A stretch of 64,000 nucleotides of DNA from Pseudovirgaria hyperparasitica (taxonomy: Eukaryota). Within the stretch, counting starts at the first letter, position 1. Every line of letters starts with the position of its first letter. The position numbers and the translations under genes are program-made. The stretch lies in NCBI GenBank assembly GCA_010093815.1, contig ML996575.1; one strand, given 5' to 3'. The notes below the pieces were generated by a model. It worked only from the letters and a program-made list of their open reading frames with translations, had not been told where the DNA came from and searched no databases. Shown piece by piece: positions 1-10,452 of this stretch.

Positions 1-260
1 ACTAAGGTCTTATAAGACTTAGGATAGGGATATAGAGATAGGTAACGATCTAGGTCGCTAAGGGTAGCTTCCTAGAGGGAAGGGATAATTATTAGGACTT
101 AGCCTTAGATAGGACCCGACCTATATATACCTTAGCTAATAGGGTTAGGAGGTAACGTGAAGGGTAGTAAATAGTTACGTGCTAGATAGATTAGTGTCTC
201 TTTATATATATACTCTCGGATTCCTACCGAAAGGGTTCGGTAGTAATTCGTTCTATGATA
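1..260 (+). mobile_element. RIP-mutated 3' end of an LTR retrotransposon (polypurine tract + ~170-bp LTR)
   Basis: Purine tract AGAGGGAAGGGATAA (~74-88) is followed by TATTAGG at ~90 (RIP form of TGT..). The segment ends in TATGATA at ~260 (RIP form of ..TGACA). It has an internal TATATATATA and extreme TpA enrichment. Confidence 0.45.
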
Positions 261-2610
261 GAATACACCCTATTATTCTATCTTACTACACTACTATCCA
301 ATAACCCTATTCTTACATATAGTTAAGACGTTTTATAGGGTATAGAAGGAGGGCAAGCGAGTATATATACATCTTATTAAATATTATATAGTATTTATTA
401 AATATATAGAAGCTAACGTTAATTACGTGTAGAAAGGTATACTTACCTTATATTATAGCACGTTCCTATAGAAATAGATACTTAGTATTACTATAAAATA
501 AGGTAAGAGACTTAGATACCTTTTTAGAGTTATAATAGTTTAGAAGAATATCTATTATTAACTATACTATATTAAAGGATACTCTATCGCCTTTATAGAG
601 CTTTATAGTAGTATAAAAGTAGGATAGGAAGTAGTAAGTATCCTTGAGTAGCTTATAATCCTTCTTATTTAGGAAGTCCTTATAAAGATTATTATTATAA
701 GCTACGGTATACTAGCTAATAGCCTTCTTTATACGAGGCTTAAGTACGATGTTAATCGTTCTATACTAGAAGTTCTATTAAGTAATATTCTCTTAAGGAA
801 TAGTACGCCTAGCCTACTCTATAAAGCTATTAAATTATTATATACTTCGCCGAATATAGACTTTAATATTATATAGCTTACTAATAGTACCTTATTATTA
901 CTAGCCCTACTTAATTATCTTCTATAAGTCTAGTTTTCGAAGAAATTATATGAAGTCTAGGTCATCTACTATAGATTAGTTAATTATAGAGTCTATAGCT
1001 TTATTACTATCCGTAAATAGGAACGCCTAATAGGTAAGGTTAATAATATAACTAAGGCAGCGAATTTAATAGGCTTAAGGGTCCTATAGTAGAGTTTTAG
1101 AGGTAGATTTAACTATAGAGTCTATAATATTTAAGGTTAAAGATACTATCGGCGGCTAAACCTCGGTTAAGGCCTTAGCGACGTATTTAAGTATCTTATT
1201 ATTTAAAGACGCGTTATTAGATATTAAGTATCCCACCTTATCTATAACCTTATATTCCTTTATTACCTCTAGGAAGGCCTCTAATTACTCTCTACCGCTA
1301 TAATAACCGTATATTTCTAGTAGCGTAAGTAAGGCCTTATAGAGCTTACCCTTAGTAAGGTTAATAAAGTATATAATAATAGCTAAAAGCGACTTCTTAT
1401 TCGGTAACGTCTATAAATTATATAAATAATAGATACTATATAGGTATTCTATTAGGACTTACTTAAGGCGCCTCTTATAGATATCGTAAGAGAAGTTAAG
1501 GAGCTTTAGTATAGCGCTTCTTAACTTAAGGATAAGGTTTTCGGTCTACGGATTAATTACAAGGAATAGAGTCTTTAGTTCTAGCTAGTCTACTACCGTA
1601 TAGGGTAAGTTCTAGATAATAATTAGCTAGATAAAGGCTTCCTAAAAGGTATCTTAATTAATAACCTTATTTAGAACCTTAGTAGTAGATAGTTATAATA
1701 CCTTAGAGGCACGCTCCTTTATCCGCGTAAAACCAGCCTCTAATAGCTTTAATAATCACAACTTCTTTACTACTATACTATCTAGAAATATACCATATTT
1801 CTTTAATAGATAAGTCTCTACGGCACTAGTACTTATAATACCTTTCTAATAGCCTTTAATATTATAGTACTAGATCTTATTTTTACCTCTTATAATAGGC
1901 TTATTCTAGATAGCCTCACGGTAATAATCCTATACTAGATAAATATACTTACGCTTACGCTTACTATTAAGAGAAGGTAGAGAAGATAAGGATTACTATT
2001 TACTAATATTATTATTACTACTTATAAAGAGTAAGTTATAGGCTATTATAAAGAGATAAGGAGATAAGGAGATAAGGAGATAAGGAGATAAGGAGATAAG
2101 GAGATAAGGAGATAAGGAGATAAGAAGGTAAGTTTAAGATATATATACTATAACACCCTAATAGATTACTATACGGATTTAGTAATAAACTAATAAAGGG
2201 ATATTACTATAATACGCCGTTTATAATAGGATATAGTCTCCCTTACTTTATCTATATTTATTATTATCCATGATATAGATAAAATACTATTTTTAGTATT
2301 TATATAAGGAATAACCTAGTAAATGGCGTAAGTTATATAGTAAGAATATAACTCTATAAATAATATATATATCTATAATATTATAGAGAAGAATAAGCAC
2401 TAAAAACGCGTAATTCTATATAGTTTTTAGAGTTTATATAGCGATTTACTAATAAATATTATAGGCGTTATTAGCTATATATCCTACCTTAGATATATAT
2501 ATATTTACCCTATACGGACGTATAGATAAGACTCTACGGGTACGGTATAATGGGGATAGATTACTTATCCCGTAAAACCTTATCCGTACGGGGTACGGAG
2601 TACATTACTA
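261..2610 (-). mobile_element. RIP-inactivated hAT-superfamily DNA transposon relic
   Basis: Minus strand ~1440-1170 reads IYYLYNL*TLPNKKSLLAIIIYFIN...YYSGRE*LEAFLEVIKEY...VGYLISNNASLNN. Reversing C>T/G>A changes gives the hAT motifs DLWTSPN, VVVHF-D, HSG-EQ and GY--SDNASSND. A YSLALLL-P motif lies near 330-365. The terminus TACATTACTA at 2601-2610 fits a RIP'd CAGTG-type TIR. Confidence 0.8.
2053..2124. repeat. (GAGATAAG)x9 tandem repeat
   Basis: Nine perfect 8-bp units read directly. Confidence 0.95.
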
Positions 2611-2639
2611 GCTAGCGCTAAGATATAAAATGTAATTAG

Positions 2640-2875
2640 AGGAGACGGAAGATTACCTAGATTGGGAATCGTACATAGATCTTGATAAAGAAGAGGCAGT
2701 CGTGACTCCGGACAGCTATGGTAGGTTTTCCGATCTTTATATTAAAATGTAGATCGTTATTAATAAGGTGTTAGTCTTCTTTACCCTTGCAAGCATCTTA
2801 TATAGGTAACATGGTATTGTGCTTTTAGAGGAGGATTTGGAGGACAGGCGCCTACTAACGCGTCTTCAACGATGA
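2640..2875 (+). pseudogene. 3' remnant (last two exons) of a fourth member of the secreted zincin-like family
   Basis: Exons 2640-2720 and 2775-2875, joined by a GTAGGT..AG phase-1 intron, give EDYLDWESYIDLDKEEAVVTPDSYVFFTLASILYR*HG... This aligns with the last exons of 3702-4998. In-frame TAA at 2807-2809 (likely RIP'd CAA). The upstream part is replaced by the hAT relic. Confidence 0.7.
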
Positions 2876-3505
2876 AATTCGAATTCCTAGTAATTAAAAT
2901 TTCTTTGTTAGTAGTTAAAGAGAAAGAGGACTAGCCTCTTTAGATTTATTATATCTATTATACATACGAAACTATACTAATTAGATTCTTATATAACCAA
3001 TCTTAAGTAGAAGCACCTAGCTTGATACTTTATTATGAATAAGCTCTAGCGAAAAATAAGGTCTATCCCTACTCTACATGCGCGATATAATATCTTTTCC
3101 CTACCGAGCCGGGATTATCTAGTCAAGTTCTATGACGTGGCCGTGCACGCTCTTAACGCTTTGTAGTAACTCCGTACGCAGCTTAAAATATAGGTATAAC
3201 TCATTAATACTACGGAATATAGATAAATGTATATAAGAGATAGTTATAGTATTACCTTTATCTAATAAGAAACTATATAATCTTCTCTATAGCTACTATA
3301 TTTTATAGAATTTTAAAGTGATAATAGAATTAACATATGTAGAAAAGTAAGGGACGTAGTAATATACTAGTACTAAAAATCTTAGCTCTCGGTGGAAAAA
3401 GTTTTCCACTAGTGATTAGATTCTACGGAGATACTAGACCTACTTTTTTTTCTACGTTAGATGTTATAGATATAGATATATATATATAGATCATACAGCC
3501 TATTC

Positions 3506-3514
3506 TTGCGCGAT
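3506..3514 (+). promoter_or_regulatory. TTGCGCGAT motif shared upstream of all three intact family members (also 5388-5396 and 7035-7043)
   Basis: Identical 9-mer ~110-195 bp upstream of each ATG, followed by a similar TAGT(G/C/A)ACA element. Regulatory function is inferred. Confidence 0.35.
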
Positions 3515-3701
3515 ATAGAATTTTATAGTGACATGCCAAGTCATTCTTCTCGTTAGGACTCGCCTTATATTAATTAACTACTCATTCTTCCTCTTGCCTC
3601 GCCTCCTTCCTCTATATCTTATCTTTTAGCATTTCTCTTATTCGCCAATCTTTCACGCTAGTGTCAAGCTAGTAGCGAGAATTCCTAAAAAAAAAAAAAA
3701 T

Positions 3702-4998
3702 ATGTACTTTTCGTTAAGCACGACACTCTCCCTTGTACACTCTCTCCTTATCCTCGTCCTACTCTTTGATACTCCTCTGGCGGCGAGGGAGAGGCAGCGA
3801 CTTCCGGTCCCGGACGATCGCCTACGAACTCTAGCGACGGTAGCGGCATCACAGCCGGGGACATTTATTATAAGAGAAACGGAGACGTAATTGAGGTCAT
3901 TGAGTGTATTCTGTAAGTGTGTAGAGAACTGAGTTCTGGGAGACAGAGTCGAAGCTATTTAACCGTTTAGACACTAGTCCCGTTTAGGAAGCAGTGTCTC
4001 TCACTCAAAGTGCCTTCCGACAACAACATTAACTTATGCCGTGCACCCAACGTGCGATAACTATCCGATGCGTCGAAATCTAGACGAAGCTCTAGGAATG
4101 GCTAGGCTAGCGTATGAAGGTCTACAAAACTTTGAGATGCTACCAGCGCACCTTAAGTTTGGCTATCGAATACTATTCCAACGCCTAGAACGTGGCCAAC
4201 AGAATCCGACAGAAGAATTAAACATAGTCACCCGAACAATGAGAAAGATCGCCACCTTGACAGAGACCAGCAGACCGGCAAGCGCAGCTATGATCATCTT
4301 CTGCGATGATTCCCGCTGGGAACGGGAGGGCAATCGTGTCAATGTCGATGTCCATCGTACGCGATGGAAGCCTGACCGCGATTCCGATGAGCGAGTGTGG
4401 GTCGATAGCGTGTTAGGAACGAGATGGGCTGAAACACCATATTGCCGTCAGCCCTTCGATGGAGAACTAGAAAACCCCTACATGTACTACTACCCCTCGC
4501 CGCCTAATAATCCCGATCAGGTCGTAGTCTCATTCTGCGGGAATCAATGGCCCGAGAACAGCTGGGACCTTATCCACGACGGAGATCTCAGTATGCCTAT
4601 TGATGCGCTAACTATGCATAATCTCCGTGGCACCTTTCTAAGTCCCGAACTCCTCTCAATGTTTTTGAATTCGAACCTTTTTAGTGGTAGGTCCAAGTGT
4701 TCCGCGCTCTTCTCCTGGGCATATTTGTCACAGTCCTACGAGTACTAATAGAACAATAGATGAGATGAGGGGAGATAGTCTTGACTGGCCCCAAGTTATA
4801 CAAGTGAGGCGCCAACAGCAAATTCGCAGTAGAGAGAACTATAGTCAGTCTTAAAGATCGTAAAAAGTGCTATGGTACAATCACTAATGCTATATAGTAT
4901 TTTTTGCCATTCAGTTTCTCGTAGACCACATGGGCTTAATGCTTGAGCCGGTACCAGATGGTGTCCTAAATGGGAAAGTCATATGGAAACCGACGTGA
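3702..4998 (+). CDS. Secreted M35/zincin-like protein lacking HExxH (paralogue 1), multi-exon
   Basis: Hydrophobic leader (MYFSLSTTLSLVHSLLILVLLF). The main exon has YAVHPTC, IIFCDDSRW, WVD and SFCG. Exons 4760-4843 and 4898-4998 give DSLDW...RSRENYIFFAI. The 5' exon structure is uncertain. Confidence 0.7.
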
Positions 4999-5210
4999 GC
5001 ATATACAATCGGATACAATCCAAGGTCCCAGATGAGGATTGTGTGATTAGTCACCCTAAAAGTAAGGATTGAGCTTGAAATCTATACCAAGGGATTGAGA
5101 TTGTACCGTCTTGGCAATCATTTTGAGGCGTGGATTGAGCTTGTATTCTCTATTGAAATTTTGGCCCAGATTGAGATTGCGCAGATTCAGATTGTATATG
5201 CCCATCTCTG
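4990..5210. mobile_element. 221-bp hAT-type MITE with 8-bp target-site duplication
   Basis: TIRs are CCGACGTGAGCATATACAATC and (reverse complement) CAGAGATGGGCATATACAATC. Flanks are TATGGAAA (4982-4989) and CATGGAAA (5211-5218). Related copies lie at ~6786 and ~42741. Confidence 0.85.
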
Positions 5211-5497
5211 CATGGAAATAAGCGATAGGAAAGGAGAGAATCAGAGGTGGTAACGAGCGAGGGGCGACTAGGGGCATGCGAAGGAACTCAAAGGACAAAA
5301 GTAACAATAAAAAGGCTCATAGCTTAAGGAGAGCTATTAATCTAAAGATGATACAGGAATTGTATTTTTAGAATGATAATTCGAGACTTGCGCGATTTGT
5401 ACTTTTGTAGTCACACTATAGGTATATAAACAACCTGTATATTCGCATTAATCCTGTAGTTAGCATTAACCTTACGATACACTTCTCTCTACACACT

Positions 5498-6518
5498 ATG
5501 CTCTTACTTATACACCTGCTCGTACTTCTTATAGTACACTTCACTCCCTCGCTGGCAGACCATGACTATGCCTTTCATCCCTCATGCGCTCGTTATCCTT
5601 CAATTCGTGCCCATGCCCAGGAAACTATAAGAATAGCCTCACTAGTCTTCGAGACTGTGCAGGATATAGACAATCTTGGTATCGACGATCTGCGCATCAT
5701 GTATCAGATGACTTTTGAACCAGCACCTCATGATATCGTACTTGTTGCAGAGACTAAACACGCTCTTCTCCAAATGATGCACACAATTGAGGAGTATACA
5801 GAGCTGCAAAGTGGGGACAACGCATTCGACTGGCGAAGCGCAGAGATTCTCATCTTCTGCGATGATGACCGCTGGGTACCGATGCGGGACCGTACCGAAT
5901 TTCCCTCTGGTATCAACTTCCACGGTCACCCTCCCCCTGGGCTACGAAACTCTATGCAGGACCCCGAAAATGTGCTATGGGTTGATCGTGTGATTGGTAC
6001 GGAGATAAGGGGTCCACCGGGGTGTCTTAGAGGGGGAATGCATTTCAGCACGTACAAACAGCATAATAGCAATCCCCAGAGCGTCACAGCCTCTTGGTGC
6101 TCAGGGGGCTTGCCCTCAGAGTCCTATGGTCTTATCCTCGGTCATGATCATAACAATGATTACTTTAGGGAAGATCCGGTCGGATATTTGACCAACCTAT
6201 CTATAAGTCCTTCATTACTAGGTATTTTTCTAAGCGCGCCGCGTGTCCAGCGTAAGTTCTTCGACATTTCTCTTTCTTTTTATAGACATGCTTATAGCGG
6301 TACTACGCATACTAATAGAGTAATAGGAGTCCGCAGGGCCAGCAGTCGGTGGCTATATAGTCATAGGGGCCGTCCCACTGCGGTACCCTTGGACCCTAAC
6401 GGTATTCGTAGGTCTTTAGTATTCCAAACAGGCGAGCAATTATTAACGTCATACAGTATCCTTTGCCATTTTGGTCCTTGTTTTTCAGCTACACACTGAA
6501 GCTTCAAGGCCTAACTAA
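5498..6518 (+). CDS. Secreted M35/zincin-like protein lacking HExxH (paralogue 2), 3 exons
   Basis: Signal peptide ending TPSLA. Motifs YAFHPSC, LIFCDDDRW, WVDRVIGT and SWC. Two phase-1 introns (GTAAGT at ~6252, GTAGGT at ~6408) at the same positions as in the paralogues. The last exon begins LSFAILVLV. Confidence 0.75.
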
Positions 6519-6785
6519 TTTAATCCGTTCGAGTCGTAGTACGGAACGATCATCTATTACATCCTTAGAGATCTATGGCAAGAGGTGGTTACGTGGATGG
6601 AAACAGGGAAAAAGTATATTCTTAGAAAGAGAAAGTAGACTTTCTCAGGTGCGGTTACATGAGCGCAATATGCTCGACACTTTACTCTACTAAGAGGCTC
6701 AGCCTATCGTTCGTGTATCATGTGACAGATTTAAGCAATGCATATAGCAGCTATAGTGTATTACAATAACTTTAGCTTACATCCT

Positions 6786-6971
6786 TAGACATAGGCATAT
6801 ACAATCCGAATTCATACAAGCTCAATATGGGCTAAACTTTGAATAGAGAATATAAGCTTGATCTACGCCTTATATGATTACTAAGACGGTGTAACCTGAA
6901 TCTATACATTGAGGGTAATTAACAACATAATTTCGATATAGACCTTCGGCTCTTACGTAACGATATATGCC
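6786..6971 (-). mobile_element. Inverted, RIP-mutated, internally deleted copy of the 4990-5210 MITE
   Basis: TAGACATAGGCATATACAATCCGAA...AATAGAGAATATAAGCTTGATCTACGCC matches the reverse complement of 5100-5210, with mainly C>T/G>A differences. The far end is degenerate and no TSD was found. Confidence 0.75.
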
Positions 6972-7157
6972 GCAATATAATTTTGAATCTAAAGATAGTA
7001 TAGATTTCATATTTTTAGAATGAGGAGCTGAGATTTGCGCGATTTGCACGCTCCATGCTTTCGTAGTAACACTTTGATAGATTAGATATTTAACTGACCT
7101 CTATGCTAGAATCAAGTGCGTATTAGACTTAACATGATATAACCCTCCCCAAGTACA

Positions 7158-8179
7158 ATGCTCTCTCCTATATACCGTCTCGCGCTTCTCACAACGCTCT
7201 TTACTCCTTCTCTGGCGGCGCTCTATTATGCCTTTGATCCAGTATCGTGCGCTGAGTATCCTTCGCTAAGTGATCATGCCACGGAAGCTAAAACTATGGC
7301 AAGGCTAGCCCTCGAGAGCCTGCAATCAGTACATGCCTGGAGCAGAGATAGCGACCACAAGCGGCTGTTTCGGCAACTGTTCGGACTCGATCGCAATTAT
7401 GTGGAGATCCAAATGATCAGAGGCTCACTTGCGGATTTCTTTTGGATGCTTTCGACGCTTCCAGAGGCGTTCGGCACAAGGGCTAGAATCTTGTCAATGG
7501 CAGACACAATCATCTTCTGCAATGATGATCGCTGGCAGCAGCTACCGGACCGTCCCGAATCTCCCCCTGAGCTACGCAACTCTGAGCTGCCGGTTAACCA
7601 ACGAATGTGGTTTGATACTGTAGTCCGTATGAGGACGAGGGGCACGCCAGGTTGTCTTCAGGAAGGAATGGATGACGTGTTCTACCCAAGCTCGATCAGG
7701 TGTTATGCGTGTACTCAATTCTCATGGTGTGGAAATCGATGGCCAACAGACTCATACCGTCTCATCTCGAACCCTGATAACGGTGCATCCATCCGCGGTT
7801 CAAGGATCAAAGACATCACCGGAAATTATCTAAGTATTGTGTTTCTACGTATGCTTATACGCTCGCCGCGCATGCAGAGTAAGTTCATTAGCATTCCTTT
7901 CCTTCTTATAGTCATGCTTACGATGGTGCTGTGCGTACTAACAGAGTAATAGTGGTTTTTCACGGGGCGGACGCGGCAATACGCGATCAGTCTAGTAACT
8001 CAGGACCCTACAATAGGAAACGTCTTTGTAAGTTTTTAGTAACCTAAGAAGGCTTACCAAACAAGTATTGATCTCATACAGTGATGTATGCCGTGGGGGT
8101 CTATCTTAATCACCTAGGCTACAGGTTTGAATGGGATTCTCGTGGTACAACGAATTACCGGATAGTAGGGGCACCTTGA
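7158..8179 (+). CDS. Secreted M35/zincin-like protein lacking HExxH (paralogue 3), 3 exons
   Basis: Signal peptide ending TPSLA. Motifs YAFDPVSC, IIFCNDDRW, WFD, GTPGCL and SWCG. Two phase-1 GTAAGT introns. The last exon LMYAVGVYLNHLG...* ends at 8179. Confidence 0.75.
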
Positions 8180-8935
8180 GCTCGAGACTTGAAGACGCAT
8201 TGCAGGAAGCAATAATGCGCATGAAGACGGAGGAAGAAAGTATACTCTCTCGGGGGGACAGTATAATTACTGGGGCACGGTTGCAGAGGACATTGAGATA
8301 AACAGACCATGATCTCCAAGGGTGACAGGTTGGTTGAGATCATTACATAAACTTATCCACTGTTCCTTCTGGACGGGTGTATGTTTGCCTTCGACACAGG
8401 CGCAATACGATACGACTCTGTGCTCTAATGAGAGCTTAACCTTGCCGTTCGTGCATTTGGCTTGACTCAAACGGCTTTAGCTGTTATAAATGTGTTCCGA
8501 GACGCACACATCGCCCTAAAGTGATATGCTTGTATTCAGAGTTCCTAACAATCAGTTCAGTTCAACTTTGGGCCTCTAGTTGAACTGGACTGAGTCAATT
8601 CTGGAGAGGCAGAATTGAAGTTGGACTGATTATTAGGAACTCTGCTTGTATTGATGTTGGAAGAAGTGCCAAAGTCGGCCGTAAGATACGAATACTATTA
8701 TGTGCTGGTCTATAAGAATCAGACAGGCAGCACAGATCTACAAATAGTGCAAGGTTCGTTATGATCGATGTACCTTGTCCATAAAAAGCTGTACACAACT
8801 CCTGAAAGAGGTATAGCGCTAAATATTGCATGTGATGTCACTGTGGGGAACGTGACTATACATAGATGTGTGATATGTTTATAATTCCAACATTAGCGAA
8901 CCAGAGAGCAAGGAGTGCTTTAAATTTCGGCCATT

Positions 8936-10452
8936 ATGTCAAAAATAGCGAGCAACCCGATCGAAGTGCGCGAGCAGTATTTCTGGCGTGGCGACAAACG
9001 AGTGGGTCACAAGCTCTCTCTTCAATTAAGAGATGCGAGGCTAACAAGTGAAGCAAAGTTCCTTATCCGTGGCATCGTGTACCACCACAATGTCACCAGG
9101 AACCAGGGAAGAGTGGCCGTGACAGAGCCAAACGATCCTATCGCAGACGACCGACTTGACAGGCTAGAATCCGATATCACCATGTTCAAGGAACTGGGCG
9201 TGAACACCATCTACGTTTGTCAGTAAATTCCAAGACCCCGTAGAAAACATAGATCTTTGACTGTCAAGACTGGATCGATGCTACTAAAGAACACGCCAAG
9301 GCTATGAGACTGCTCGAAGAAGCGGGCATCTATGTTATTTGCGTAGGTTCCCATCCTGAAGATCCGGTGCGATAGCTGAAAGTCTGAGAGACACTGGCAA
9401 CAAATGAAATCAGTATTTCACGGATAGATCCAGTTGGCTCCTATACCGCTGCTCTTATGCGACATTTCTTCGAGACGCTCGACGAGATGGCCAAGTTTCC
9501 CAACACCCTTGGCGTGATGGTTGCATATGAGTTGATCAACGACACTCAAAGTATGAAATGCGCACCTGTCTTGAAAGCAGCCGTGAAAGACCTGAAAAAG
9601 TATATGAGATTCCAAAGTGAGTCTACTGGGCAGAGGGTCCTTCCGATTGGATACGATGCATCGTCAGCACGTTTGCCACTATTTGAGACGTTATATTACT
9701 TGTCATGTGGCGACAGTGATGCTCGGATTGACTTTGTGTCTGTAAGTCGTGCATGTAGAGTGATGTCTTGAGATTATCTCTGACACGTTGACAGTGCAAG
9801 GGGTACGAGTGGGTTGGGAGTAAGTCCAGCATCAAAATCAGCGGATGGCAGACACTGGTGAGAGCATAGTTTGCGATTGTGAAAAGTGTGCAGGAGTGAC
9901 AGTTTGAAGATCGAACAGTTTCAGCATCTTCCTACGCCTATATTCTTCTCCGAGTACGGCACAACCATGCCCACGTACACTGTGAGCGCCACGACGGAGT
10001 CACGCGAGTTCACAGAGACCTCAGCCTTGTTCTCCCCGGCAATGACTCATGTGTTCTCGGGAGGTTGTGTGTACGAGTTCTGGAGGAGTAGGAATGGATA
10101 TGGTATGGTCAAGATGCAAACAGAGCGAGAAGAGATGATGGAGAGAGATAGCGAGACACTGTCTAAACAAGAGCTCGAGGAGAGATATGGGGATGAGCTT
10201 CAAGTCTTCCAAGGCGGAGCAATTGTGGAGAAACGTGCTGGTCCGTTGGGAATCATGCTTGTGTATGCTGATTTCTTCAACTACCAGAAACGTCTGGCAG
10301 CAGCGCGAGAGGTGGAGCCGAACACGCTTGCAGCGCACACAGATCGCACAGGGTACGAGCGAGTGTTTGAAACGGTGCAACGACGCGATATTGCCGACAT
10401 GGGCGAGGTTCCAGATAGCCCTATAGATTGGGCGCAATTTATCAATCTGTGA
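8936..10452 (+). CDS. Glycoside hydrolase family 72 (beta-1,3-glucanosyltransferase-like), no signal peptide or GPI signal
   Basis: FLIRGIVY, DPIADD, ELGVNTIYV, YELIND (acid/base position), PIGY, FFSEYG (nucleophile) and VFSGGCVYEF across about six exons. Confidence 0.85.

Noticed and set aside
2053..2124. Regular repeat considered as a CRISPR-like or telomeric array
   Set aside because: Spacerless 8-mer satellite within a RIP'd transposon in a fungal genome, and it is not TTAGGG.
2590..2610. The RIP'd hAT relic as the autonomous partner of the MITE
   Set aside because: Its inferred terminus (CAGTGATGTACTCCG-like) shares only CAG with the MITE TIR, so they are probably different hAT families.
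3164..3436. Possible second MITE bounded by TAGTAACTCCGTA / TACGGAGATACTA
   Set aside because: Only a 13-bp imperfect inverted match in low-complexity RIP DNA, with no TSD and no second copy seen.
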